64,000 nt of DNA from an uncultured bacterium (GCA_903937035.1 CAIZXS010000009.1:11141-75140), one strand, 5' to 3'; positions 1 through 10,824 are shown, numbered from the stretch's first letter. Program-made: numbers and translations. The notes: generated by a model not told the origin, from the sequence alone.

Positions 1-22
1 TTGAAGATAAAGATAAATAATT

Positions 23-883
23 ATGTCAGAACAAGCGACTATTACAACCAATTCTGAAATCATGGAAACGCCAAGCGCTCCGGTGAGCCATGAAGCAACG
101 CTTTTTGCTGAGCCATTGGGACATATTGGAAGCCTTACCGTTACCAATTCATTGCTGGCTAGTTGGATTGCTGTTTTTGTGTTGGTCATGTTTCTTTTGT
201 CTGTTGGTAAGAGAGTTCGGAAAGTGCCGAGGGGCGTACAGAATATTTTTGAAATTATTCTGGAAAAAGCTCTAGAATTGGCTGACAGCGTGACTGGTTC
301 AAGAAAAAAATCAGAAAAGTTTCTACCAATCTCATTGGCTCTATTTCTTTTCATCTTTGTGAATAATTGGATGGGACTTCTTCCGGGAATGGGAACAATC
401 GGTTTTAATGAGGTGGAAGATGGACATAAGCTTTTCATCCCGCTTTTTCGCGGAGGAACGGCTGACATCAACACGACACTGGCGCTAGCACTTTTTGCGG
501 TTATTGCTTCGCATGTGGCTGGTGTGCTCACGGTTGGCGCGTGGAATTATTTCAATAAATTTGTGAACATTAAGCTTCTCCTGGAGATTCCAGGAAAGAT
601 TAGAAAAGATTTCACAATCGTACTGGTTAACCCGATTAAGATTTTTGTTGGTCTAGTGGAAATTATTAGTGAATTTGCCAAGATGGCTTCACTTACTTTT
701 CGTCTTTTTGGCAACATTTTCGCGGGAGAAGTGCTCCTGGCTTCGATGATGGCGCTTTTCGCCTATATCTTGCCACTGCCATTTATGTTTTTGGAAATGA
801 TTGTGGGAATAATTCAGGCGCTCATTTTTTCGATACTGGCCATGGTGTATATGACAATAGCAACGCAAGAGCATGAACATTAG
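23..883 (+). CDS. atpB: F0F1 ATP synthase subunit a
   Basis: 286 aa polytopic membrane protein. Conserved Arg-containing C-terminal helix motif 'LTFRLFGNIFAGE'. First gene of an atp operon in canonical order. Confidence 0.9.
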   Translation: MSEQATITTNSEIMETPSAPVSHEATLFAEPLGHIGSLTVTNSLLASWIAVFVLVMFLLSVGKRVRKVPRGVQNIFEIILEKALELADSVTGSRKKSEKFLPISLALFLFIFVNNWMGLLPGMGTIGFNEVEDGHKLFIPLFRGGTADINTTLALALFAVIASHVAGVLTVGAWNYFNKFVNIKLLLEIPGKIRKDFTIVLVNPIKIFVGLVEIISEFAKMASLTFRLFGNIFAGEVLLASMMALFAYILPLPFMFLEMIVGIIQALIFSILAMVYMTIATQEHEH

Positions 884-956
884 AGTTAATTAATTTTTTT
901 AATTTATTCTCACGGCGACGTTAAAAACAATAAAATTTAGTCGACCGTAAGAGTAG

Positions 957-1181
<225 letters not shown>

Positions 1182-1199
1182 TCTAGCGAATTTATTCGA

Positions 1200-1341
1200 T
1201 TTCTCTTTGCTAGCAGAGGGAAATCGAGATAAGCACGCTAAAAATTGTTAAATTGTTTCATTGCTAAATTGTTTTTTAAATAACGATTTAACGATTTAAC
1301 GACTTAACAATTTAACCATTTAGCAATATAACAATATATTT
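1200..1341 (+). promoter_or_regulatory. Structured intergenic region between atpE and atpF: 11-bp hairpin plus imperfect tandem/palindromic 8-mer repeats (TAACGATT)n / (AAATTGTT)n
   Basis: Hairpin 'TCGATTTCTCT-N10-AGGGAAATCGA' at ~1218-1249. The repeats 'taacgatttaacgatttaacgacttaacaatttaacc' mirror the upstream 'ttgttaaattgtttcattgctaaattgtt'. Confidence 0.45.
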
Positions 1342-1830
1342 ATGGACGAACTCATCAAAACATTCCACATTGAAGTTAATCTCCTTGTGGCACAGATGGT
1401 TAACTTTGCTATCGTGCTCTTTGTGCTCTACAAATTTGCCTACAAGCCAGTTCTGAAAACTCTCAATAGCCGAACGAACAAAATTGAAAAAGGCCTTGAA
1501 GACGCTGACGCAGCTGGAAAAAAACTGGAAGAGATTGTTGAGAAAGAAAAGGAAGTGATGGCAGTGGCCAAAAAAGAAGCGCAAGAAATCATCAAAGCGG
1601 CTGAGGAGCAAGCCAAGGCCAATTCAATGAGTATCGTGCTGGAAGCGAGAAATCAGAGTGAGAAACTGCTAGTCAGCGCTAAGAGTCAGATCGAACAAGA
1701 GAAAAATAAGATGCTCACAGAAGTGAAAGGCGAAATTGCTAATTTAGTAGTTTTGGCGACAGAGAAGATTATTGGGGAGAAATTGGATCAGAATAAAGAT
1801 AGGGAATTGATTGAGAAGGCGATAAGATAA
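1342..1830 (+). CDS. atpF: F0F1 ATP synthase subunit b
   Basis: 162 aa with an N-terminal TM helix followed by a long charged coiled-coil rich in AEEQAKA/KEK. Position in the operon fits. Confidence 0.85.
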   Translation: MDELIKTFHIEVNLLVAQMVNFAIVLFVLYKFAYKPVLKTLNSRTNKIEKGLEDADAAGKKLEEIVEKEKEVMAVAKKEAQEIIKAAEEQAKANSMSIVLEARNQSEKLLVSAKSQIEQEKNKMLTEVKGEIANLVVLATEKIIGEKLDQNKDRELIEKAIR

Positions 1831-1872
1831 TCATGCAACATGAAGCATGAAACATGTAACATAAATTAGAAT

Positions 1873-2274
1873 ATGCGAATAACATCAACACAATACGCAA
1901 AATCACTATACGAAGCAACTGCGGAAAAATCTCCCGGCGAGGTGGATGTTTTGGTGTCTAATTTTGTGAAAGTGTTGGCTAAAAATGGACAGATGAGACT
2001 GAAGAATGAAATTTTGCGAAAATTTGAAGTGGTATCGAACATGAAAAACGGAATCGTTGTGGCGGAAGTGAAATCGCGTGAAAAATTGAGCGAAGGAATG
2101 ATTGAAAAATTGATGGGTTTTATTAAAGCTAAATATCAAGCAGAAAAAGTGGTAATTGAAAATATTATTGATGAAAAGATTGGTGGCGGGGTGATTGTGA
2201 AAGTGGGGGATGAGATTTTTGACGCGAGCGTGAAGGGGCAACTCAAAAAAATGCAATATATTTTAGGGAAATAA
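1873..2274 (+). CDS. atpH: F0F1 ATP synthase subunit delta (OSCP), short form
   Basis: 133 aa, located between atpF and atpA. The C-terminal '[21 protein letters not shown]' is typical of the delta/OSCP C-terminus. Confidence 0.8.
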   Translation: MRITSTQYAKSLYEATAEKSPGEVDVLVSNFVKVLAKNGQMRLKNEILRKFEVVSNMKNGIVVAEVKSREKLSEGMIEKLMGFIKAKYQAEKVVIENIIDEKIGGGVIVKVGDEIFDASVKGQLKKMQYILGK

Positions 2275-2309
2275 TTTATTTTAAAATTTTAAATTTCAAA
2301 TTAAAAATT

Positions 2310-3893
2310 ATGAATAAAGACTACATCATCGAACAACTGAAAAAACAAATTGGCGAATTTGAAAGTGTTGCCACGACAGAAAAAGTCGGAACCGTGGTGG
2401 AAATCGGTGACGGCGTGGCGCGGATCATTGGATTGGAAAATGCGGTGTCGAGTGAAATGCTTGAGTTCGTACCCTCCTCCGCCAAGGCTACGGCGGGCGA
2501 TGTCGAAATGAAGGCCGACTTGTCCGCCGAAGCTTCAGCGAAGGCGGAACCGATTTATGGAATGGTGCTTAATCTTGAAGAAGATCGGATTGGAGCGATG
2601 ATTTTGGGTGCTTATGAAGGTATCAAAGAAGGCGACACCGTGCGCTCAACCGGGCGCGTGCTTTCTGTGCCGGTTTCAGAGAATTTTATTGGACGCGTGA
2701 TTAATCCACTGGGAGTTCCGATTGATGGCAAGGGAGCAATCGCAGCAGATAAATTCATGCCGATTGAAAAAATTGCACCGGGTGTGATCACTCGAAAATC
2801 TGTGCATCAGCCGTTGCAAACTGGGATCAAAGCGATTGATGCAATGATTCCAATTGGTCGCGGACAACGCGAACTGATCATTGGAGACCGTCAAACAGGA
2901 AAGACTGCGATTGCAGTGGACACTATCATCAATCAAAAAGGTCAAAATGTGAAATGTATCTATGTGGCAATTGGACAAAAAGAATCTAAGATTGCGAGAA
3001 TTGTAGCAGAATTGGAAGCACGTGGAGCAATGGAATATACGACTGTGGTTGTGGCCGGCGCATCTGATCCAGCGCCACTATCATACATCGCACCCTATGC
3101 TGGTTGTACATTGGGAGAATTCTTTATGGACAAAGGTGAGGACGTGCTCATAATTTACGATGACCTTTCTCGTCACGCTTGGGCTTATCGTCAAATTTCT
3201 CTCATTCTTCGTCGCCCACCAGGACGTGAAGCCTATCCTGGCGATGTTTTCTATATTCATTCCAGACTTCTTGAGCGTAGTGCAAAACTAAATGAAAATT
3301 TTGGCGGTGGTTCAATTACAGCATTGCCAATTATTGAAACGCAATCGGGCGACGTGAGTGCCTACATTCCAACAAACGTGATTTCCATTACGGATGGTCA
3401 AATTTATCTGGAAGCTGATTTATTCTACAAAGGAATTCGCCCAGCACTTAATGTGGGAATTTCCGTGTCGCGCGTGGGTTCTTCCGCGCAAACCAAGGCG
3501 ATGAAAAAAGTGGCGGGAAAATTGCGCTTGGATATTGCCCAGTTCCGAGAGCTCGAAGCGTTTGCTCAATTCGGATCTGATCTTGATGAAAACACCAGGC
3601 AACGCATTGAAAGAGGACGCAGAACCGTAGAAATTTTGAAGCAAGGTCAATATGAGCCGATGCTTGTCGAGCATCAGGTGGCCATTATCTACGCTGTGAT
3701 CAATGGATTCTTGGACGACGTGGCGGTGGAACAAGTAGCCAACTGGGAACGTGATTTTCACAAATATCTTGATTCATCAGCGAAACCGGTCATGGATTTA
3801 ATTTCCGAGAAAAAGGATTTAACAGATGAGGTAGTGGAAAGACTGGTTGGAGCGATTAAAGAGTTTAAAGAAGTATATCAAAACGGTCACTAA
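2310..3893 (+). CDS. atpA: F0F1 ATP synthase subunit alpha
   Basis: 527 aa with the Walker A 'GDRQTGKT' and a conserved alpha C-terminal domain. It carries an unusual ~22-aa Ala-rich, GC-rich insertion in the N-terminal beta-barrel domain (nt ~2468-2553). Confidence 0.95.
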   Translation: MNKDYIIEQLKKQIGEFESVATTEKVGTVVEIGDGVARIIGLENAVSSEMLEFVPSSAKATAGDVEMKADLSAEASAKAEPIYGMVLNLEEDRIGAMILGAYEGIKEGDTVRSTGRVLSVPVSENFIGRVINPLGVPIDGKGAIAADKFMPIEKIAPGVITRKSVHQPLQTGIKAIDAMIPIGRGQRELIIGDRQTGKTAIAVDTIINQKGQNVKCIYVAIGQKESKIARIVAELEARGAMEYTTVVVAGASDPAPLSYIAPYAGCTLGEFFMDKGEDVLIIYDDLSRHAWAYRQISLILRRPPGREAYPGDVFYIHSRLLERSAKLNENFGGGSITALPIIETQSGDVSAYIPTNVISITDGQIYLEADLFYKGIRPALNVGISVSRVGSSAQTKAMKKVAGKLRLDIAQFRELEAFAQFGSDLDENTRQRIERGRRTVEILKQGQYEPMLVEHQVAIIYAVINGFLDDVAVEQVANWERDFHKYLDSSAKPVMDLISEKKDLTDEVVERLVGAIKEFKEVYQNGH

Positions 3894-3899
3894 AAAAAT

Positions 3900-4859
3900 A
3901 TGAATTCAGCACGCGACATCAAACGTCGAATTAAATCGATTAATAATACTAAAAAAATCACCCGCGCGATGGAGATGGTTTCGGCTGCCAAAATGCGCAG
4001 GAGTGTTGCCAGCGTGGTGGGAATCCGACCCTATGCTCACTCAGCTTGGAGCGTGCTCACGAACTTAGCCAGAGCTTTCAAGGATCATCAGACAGGACTT
4101 TTGGAAGTGCGTGAAGTAAGAAGTGTTTTGGTGATTGCCATTGCGTCAAACCGGGGACTGTGCGGATCATTCAATGCGCAGGTGGCGAAAAAAATTAAAG
4201 ATGAAATTAGCAACCCAGAAAAATTAAAAGTTAATCGGATTGGAGATAAAAAATTGGAATCAAGCGTGCCGAATGTGGATTTGAAAATCGATTTCATTAC
4301 CGTTGGTAAAAAAGGCGAAGCGATGGTGAGGAGACTTGGCAAAGAAATTGTGGCCACTTTTCCAGAGCTAACCTATTTGCCAAAAATTGAAGATGTGCGG
4401 GCTGTTGCCAAAATTGTGATTGCGGATTATCTGGAGAAGAAATATGACAAAGTTGCCGTGATCTATACCGATTTTGTTTCCGCCATCAATCAACAAACAA
4501 AAATCAGACAAATCTTGCCAGTTTCAAAGATTGACCTGGAAAAGCAGATTGCTGAGATGGATATTTTGGCTAATGAAGTAGGTCTTAATGAGCCTGATTT
4601 GGAATACAAGATTGAACCAAGTCCAAAAGAACTCTTGGACTATATTTTTCCGCGTCTGATTGAAATGCAGATTTATCACGCCATTCTCGAATCGAACGCT
4701 TCCAAAGAATCTTCCAGAATGCTAGCTATGCGAAACGCCACGGATGCAGCGGGGGAGATGGCAGATGGACTCACGCTGGCCTACAACCAACTCAGACAAG
4801 CGAAAATTACACAGGAGATCGCGGAAATTTCAGCGGGGAAGGCGACACTTGAACAGTAG
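3900..4859 (+). CDS. atpG: F0F1 ATP synthase subunit gamma
   Basis: 319 aa with N-terminal 'IKRRIKSINNTKKITRAMEMVSAAKMRR' and C-terminal '...ITQEIAEI' gamma signatures. Confidence 0.9.
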   Translation: MNSARDIKRRIKSINNTKKITRAMEMVSAAKMRRSVASVVGIRPYAHSAWSVLTNLARAFKDHQTGLLEVREVRSVLVIAIASNRGLCGSFNAQVAKKIKDEISNPEKLKVNRIGDKKLESSVPNVDLKIDFITVGKKGEAMVRRLGKEIVATFPELTYLPKIEDVRAVAKIVIADYLEKKYDKVAVIYTDFVSAINQQTKIRQILPVSKIDLEKQIAEMDILANEVGLNEPDLEYKIEPSPKELLDYIFPRLIEMQIYHAILESNASKESSRMLAMRNATDAAGEMADGLTLAYNQLRQAKITQEIAEISAGKATLEQ

Positions 4860-4968
4860 ACAGGAAGCAGTGAGCAGAAGACAGTAATTGAGAATAATTT
4901 ATTTATAACACATTAGTATTTAATAACATTTCACAGTGGTCAAGGAATAGAAATCAGTATGGAAAATA

Positions 4969-5000
4969 CTGTTCACTGTTCACTGTTCACTGCTCACTGA
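4969..5000 (+). repeat. Tandem heptamer repeat (TGTTCAC)x4 upstream of atpD
   Basis: 'ctgttcactgttcactgttcactgctcactga', read directly from the sequence. Confidence 0.6.
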
Positions 5001-6386
<1,386 letters not shown>

Positions 6387-6411
6387 TATAACAGGGTAAT
6401 ATATTAACTCT

Positions 6412-6855
6412 ATGTCTGAATCAAAGATAAATTTTAAAATAGTTACTTCGGAAAAAACCGTCTATGAAGATGTGATTGATCAAGCGACTTTTATGACGAC
6501 CGATGGCCAGATTACGATCTTGCCAAATCACCGTTCATATATTACAAGTCTTGAGTCAGGTGAGGCGATGGTAAGGATTAAGGGGGAGGAAGTCTTTCTT
6601 TCTATTTCTGGCGGATTTATCGAGTTTCATAACAACACTCTCATAGTCCTCGCTGACACGGCTGAGCGGGCGGAAGAGATTGACCTTGCACGCGCGGAAG
6701 AAGCGCGAAAGCGGGCTGAAGAATTGAAAAAAGAGGCAATCTCAATGGACGATGAAGACTATGCGCGTGTTGCGGCGGCAATTCAAAAAGAATCAGCCAG
6801 AATCCGCGTGGCGAAAAAGCATTATACGAAGAAGGGGATTAATATTGGTCAATAA
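6412..6855 (+). CDS. atpC: F0F1 ATP synthase subunit epsilon
   Basis: 147 aa, last gene of the operon, with a beta-sandwich N-terminal part and a helical C-terminus rich in AEEARKRAEE. Confidence 0.8.
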   Translation: MSESKINFKIVTSEKTVYEDVIDQATFMTTDGQITILPNHRSYITSLESGEAMVRIKGEEVFLSISGGFIEFHNNTLIVLADTAERAEEIDLARAEEARKRAEELKKEAISMDDEDYARVAAAIQKESARIRVAKKHYTKKGINIGQ

Positions 6856-6957
6856 TTCTCCTAGTGGCATCACTGCCTACCGGTAGCACGCTGCCAAAGG
6901 TTATGGCCGACGGAGCGCGGGCAGGCGAATGTATGAATAAATAAATTTCTCAAAATA

Positions 6958-7106
6958 GTCTCCTCGCCCCTCGGGAGAGGATGTCCGAAGGACAGGTGAG
7001 GGTGCTTACTAATACAGAGAAATTATCAGTTAAATTAAGTTTTTTTTGTTTTTGAAAGAACCCTCATCCGCCCTTCGGGCACCTTCTCCCGGAGGGAGAA
7101 GAGGAT
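6958..7106. repeat. Structured inverted-repeat intergenic element, family 3 (GTCTCCTCGCCC.TCGGGAGAGGATGTC ... CCCTCATCC.GCC.TCGG...TTCTCCC..GGAGAAGAGGAT)
   Basis: Two GC-rich arms, each able to form hairpins, flank ~55 nt of AT-rich sequence. A second copy at 22661-22817 shows compensatory changes in the hairpins. Confidence 0.6.
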
Positions 7107-7143
7107 ATAAAAATAAGTTTACTAAAAATTAAAAAATACTATT

Positions 7144-7935
7144 ATGTTAGACGGTAGTAACTATTTTGATAAGCCGGCAAAAAATGATGTCGAGAATTTA
7201 TGGGAAAAATCCCAGGAAAATAAGCTCATCCGAGATTTGAAGGAAGGTAGGAATTTGCAAGAGGTGATGGAATCTTTGGATAATTTCCAAGAAGCCTTTA
7301 CGACGCTGGACGTGATTGTTTGTTCAGACGGAAGAGTTTTGCCTTCTAGCGGAGCAAAGCTTGGCTTGGCCGGGGAAGGTATTCTTCTTAGTCAAGAAGA
7401 ACTGGATCATTTTATCGTAGAATACAAGGGTAAGATTGCAAAAGTGACTAGTCATGAAGATTGTGGCGCAGCGGGTAAGGCGTTCAAAGATCAGAAAATT
7501 GAAACCGGGACCGCCGATGAATTGGGCGAGAATTTTGCTGAGTGGCTAGCGAAGCAATTGGGCGCCACATATGAACATATTCCGATGAAAGACATGAAAA
7601 ATTCTGTTCACAATGAGCGGGCAATTTGTTTTGATGGCACGGGGAAATTCAATCCAGCCACACTCACAGAAATGCCCGGACATTTTGTTTCTAGTGGCTT
7701 TGGCTTCGGTTTGAGTGAGGAATATATGAAAGAAGAGCTGGGAATACTAACCGGAATTGCGCTGGGTGATCATGGATTTGGAAAAAGATTTACCGGAGAG
7801 GATAAATTCTATATTATTGTTTCTGCTAAAGACGCGCAGCAGTTGGAGGAGATGAAATCAATCGCAAAAGAAGCAGTTGCGAAATTTGGAGACAGCGTGG
7901 ATGTGGTTGGTTTTGTGCATGAGACCGGAAAGTAG
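7144..7935 (+). CDS. Hypothetical protein with beta-carbonic-anhydrase-like zinc-ligand motifs
   Basis: 263 aa. Contains 'VIVCSDGRV' (Cys-x-Asp-x-Arg) followed ~47 aa later by 'SHEDCGAAG' (His-x-x-Cys-Gly), the two zinc-ligand motifs of beta-class carbonic anhydrases. Inferred from motifs only. Confidence 0.4.
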   Translation: MLDGSNYFDKPAKNDVENLWEKSQENKLIRDLKEGRNLQEVMESLDNFQEAFTTLDVIVCSDGRVLPSSGAKLGLAGEGILLSQEELDHFIVEYKGKIAKVTSHEDCGAAGKAFKDQKIETGTADELGENFAEWLAKQLGATYEHIPMKDMKNSVHNERAICFDGTGKFNPATLTEMPGHFVSSGFGFGLSEEYMKEELGILTGIALGDHGFGKRFTGEDKFYIIVSAKDAQQLEEMKSIAKEAVAKFGDSVDVVGFVHETGK

Positions 7936-8062
7936 GGCGCTTTTTGTAAAATTGACGAGAAATTGATTTAGGTATATATTACTAAGTTGTGTGGCGAAAC
8001 TTGTCCGGAACATCGGACGGGTTTTATTATTGTTATTTGACAGGTTAATGGGAGGTGTGGGA

Positions 8063-8998
8063 ATGTGGGATTATAGAAAGAGAGACATTATTACAACGAA
8101 GAAGTTTTTTCATGGAGGTAATCATGATGGATGTGGGCAGCTGGCGATATTATCATCAGCCTATAAGCATTTTCCGTTTATGATGACATGCATGAAAAAC
8201 TCTTACTGCGGGTTAGTTGGTCCAAATCATGCTTACCGAAAGCCCTATGATCTGCTTTCGGCAAATGCTTTTCCGCAGAAGATTGTTAAGCGAAGTCGAA
8301 CTGCGGTTAGAGCACTTAAGCTGGCTATCAATGTGCACGGCGTACAAAGGATTCTTCTTTTCCAGGGGCCAGATTTTCATGAGAATAATGCTTCTTCGCG
8401 ATTTAGGACACGATGGGACGAAGAAGTCTTTCATAAGCAAAATCTGATGGAGGCATCAAGGACAATCAATATTCTTCATCCAGATGTTGAAGTTGTGATC
8501 GTCTATTTTCGCATAATAAACGAAGGGCGAGACGCGCAGTTTGTTGAAATTTCAATGGATGGGGATGAGACTGTTCGACTAGTGACGCCGTATGTAAATT
8601 TCGAAAGCTGCCAAGTAGCGATAATTCTTTGTATGGACTATCGCTTTGCAAAACAGGGGATAGACTGTGTTAGGGAGTTTGTAGGCAGCCCATTTGAAAT
8701 TATCAGTTTTGCTGGAGCAATCGGTAGCTTCATAGAGGGGTCGGACCATGCGCGAAAAGCTGTGGCCGTTGCTTACAAAAGGGGATGCCGAAAATTTGTG
8801 GCTCAGCCACATCAAGATTGCGGATATTTTAAGAGTTCAATGTCTTTCACAAATCCTGAAGAGGAGCAGATGTTTCATGAAGGACAAGTCGAAGAATTCA
8901 GGAGTATGATGCTAAGTGAGTATGCTGATGTTGAAGTTATCGGCATTTACAATGGACTCACTGAAGATTTATCGAGGATAAGGTATATGGCTTGTTAA
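8063..8998 (+). CDS. Paralogous protein with beta-carbonic-anhydrase-like motifs
   Basis: The track ORF runs 7991-8998, but the ATG at 8063 is preceded by a 'GGAGGTG' RBS. 'IILCMDYRF' (C-x-D-x-R) and 'QPHQDCGYF' (H-x-x-C-G) lie ~51 aa apart. The N-terminal half also has 'NHDGCGQ'. Confidence 0.4.
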   Translation: MWDYRKRDIITTKKFFHGGNHDGCGQLAILSSAYKHFPFMMTCMKNSYCGLVGPNHAYRKPYDLLSANAFPQKIVKRSRTAVRALKLAINVHGVQRILLFQGPDFHENNASSRFRTRWDEEVFHKQNLMEASRTINILHPDVEVVIVYFRIINEGRDAQFVEISMDGDETVRLVTPYVNFESCQVAIILCMDYRFAKQGIDCVREFVGSPFEIISFAGAIGSFIEGSDHARKAVAVAYKRGCRKFVAQPHQDCGYFKSSMSFTNPEEEQMFHEGQVEEFRSMMLSEYADVEVIGIYNGLTEDLSRIRYMAC

Positions 8999-9042
8999 AA
9001 GCTCACCTTCTTTTGCTTAATCTACGTTCACAACAAACAATC

Positions 9043-9085
9043 AACGCCCGTTCAGATATTACTTCTGAACGGGCTGTAGTTTTTT
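9043..9085 (+). terminator. Rho-independent terminator
   Basis: GCCCGTTCAGA-loop-TCTGAACGGGC followed by TTTTTT. Lies after 8063-8998. Confidence 0.7.
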
Positions 9086-9256
9086 ATGGGCGCTTGCGCA
9101 AAAGATAGGAATCTAGTAGGATTTAAAAAAGTTCAAGAGGAATTGACTAATATTGGCCCATTTAAGCCAAAGCAGGCTTTTGGGAGATTTTGATTGACAT
9201 TTGTTTGAATCTGTGCTATTGTTCAATGTTAATAATAAATTGGACAAATTATACAT

Positions 9257-9961
9257 ATGGGTAATAACAAAGAAATTAGCTTAGAAATGATTGTGCGTAG
9301 TTGGCGGACAATTTTAGTTTCCACTGTTGTTTTTTCTGTCGTGGCATTTTTCATAAGCACCATCATTGCTCCGCAATATGGCAGTGAAACGCAGATTTTG
9401 ATTTTGCAAAAAAGTGTGGACATCGATGCTTATCGCGCCACAAAGTCTTCTGAGTTTGCTGGTGAGGTGTTGACTCGCGTGGTCAGTTCATCTGATTTCA
9501 TGACAGGGGCGCTTGCAAAGGCAGGGGAGAATTATCTTAAATATGGCGCTACCCCAGAAGATCAGATGAAAAATTGGAACAAAGCAATCAACGTATCCAA
9601 CTTTGGTAGCACAGGAATCATCAAGATCGAAGTTTCTGATACCAGCAAAAAAGAAGATCGCAAGATGACGGAAGCGATTATCTCCGAGCTTTTGGACAAT
9701 GGTGTTAAGTATCATGGTAATGAAAACATCACACTGAAAAAAATTGGTGGTCCAGTCTATTTTAGTGACCCAGTCTTCCCAATTATCTGGCTCAATGTTT
9801 TGGCCGCAGCAATTGCAGGAATATTTTTCTCAATCGGCTTGGTATTCGTTTTGGGCGAAAGAGTGACATCTTGGTTTTCCAAAGGATCTCATGAGAGTTA
9901 TGATTATGCGAATAGTGGCCTAGTGGGTGGAGCATTCGAATATCGCAGAGATAGTTTTTAA
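9257..9961 (+). CDS. Wzz / polysaccharide chain-length determinant-like protein (short)
   Basis: 234 aa with an N-terminal TM (after 'MIVRSWRTIL'), a periplasmic domain and a C-terminal TM 'IIWLNVLAAAIAGIFFSIGLVFVLG'. It opens a polysaccharide biosynthesis locus. Confidence 0.55.
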   Translation: MGNNKEISLEMIVRSWRTILVSTVVFSVVAFFISTIIAPQYGSETQILILQKSVDIDAYRATKSSEFAGEVLTRVVSSSDFMTGALAKAGENYLKYGATPEDQMKNWNKAINVSNFGSTGIIKIEVSDTSKKEDRKMTEAIISELLDNGVKYHGNENITLKKIGGPVYFSDPVFPIIWLNVLAAAIAGIFFSIGLVFVLGERVTSWFSKGSHESYDYANSGLVGGAFEYRRDSF

Positions 9962-10212
9962 GCTATGGTTTGTTTTTCTTTTAGTCCTGACTTTTTTTAA
10001 AAAGGCAGGACGAATAAGAAACGCAAGTTTCAAGGATTGTTCTTTTGAAAAAACCGCTTAACCAATCGAGTTTGGAATAGATGTATTTTGCAGATTGGAT
10101 TGGCTAAGCGGAAAATCCCTTGCATACCAACAAGGGTTAACGTTTTTTTCTGGCGTTGATTGGTAGTCATCGCTAATGCGTGCCTGCGCGAAAAACAGGC
10201 GGAGGGAGAATT

Positions 10213-10824
10213 ATGAGAAGATGGATTTCAGGTATCTTAGGAGGGTTATTTGTACTGGCTGTGATAATTGGCGTGGGGTATTACGGTAATTATCTTTGGA
10301 ATCAAGGAATAATTAGAAATCTCTCTTCCAGAGGGACGGCGGCGGATCATTTAGTTTTGGACAGATCCGAACCATCAACGCTTCGTTATGAGCTTCCGCA
10401 AGTTTCGGCGGCGCAGCAGTCACCAGCACTTCCCGTTGGAGAAAAAACGATGACAATTGACAAGCTCATCGTCAGGGAGGTTGTTGTTGACAGACAAACT
10501 GTTGAAAATTCGCATGTGAAGAAGAAGGAGGTTGATTATTCACATACGAAAAAAAAGGAAGTCGATCAGGAACAAGTGAAGTGTCAGAAAGTTGACCATT
10601 CAAAGGTCGACTATCAAGATGTCGATTACTCGCATGTCAAGCGCCAAGATGTCGACGACCAGTATGTCAATCGTCAGCATATCAACAAGCGGCGCACTGG
10701 TGGAGGCGCAGTCGCAAGGGTTGCGACAAAAGCTCCTTGTCCATCGGGCGTATGCAGCGAGTACGCCTGGAATCCGGCGGATTCCCGCCAGCCTGCTCAG
10801 GGGACAGTGTCCCTGAGGCAGTAG
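10213..10824 (+). CDS. Small membrane-anchored/secreted repeat protein (paralog A)
   Basis: ATG at 10213 preceded by 'GGAGGGAG'. N-terminal hydrophobic anchor, six tandem 10-aa repeats (HVKKKEVDYS...), and a C-terminal 'APCPSGVCSEYAWNPADSRQPAQGTVSLRQ' tail shared with paralog B. Relatively GC-rich. Confidence 0.6.
   Translation: MRRWISGILGGLFVLAVIIGVGYYGNYLWNQGIIRNLSSRGTAADHLVLDRSEPSTLRYELPQVSAAQQSPALPVGEKTMTIDKLIVREVVVDRQTVENSHVKKKEVDYSHTKKKEVDQEQVKCQKVDHSKVDYQDVDYSHVKRQDVDDQYVNRQHINKRRTGGGAVARVATKAPCPSGVCSEYAWNPADSRQPAQGTVSLRQ
10510..10692 (+). repeat. Six in-frame 30-nt tandem repeats encoding decapeptides (HVKKKEVDYS-like) within 10213-10824
   Basis: HVKKKEVDYS / HTKKKEVDQE / QVKCQKVDHS / KVDYQDVDYS / HVKRQDVDDQ / YVNRQHINKR. 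Confidence 0.65.
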
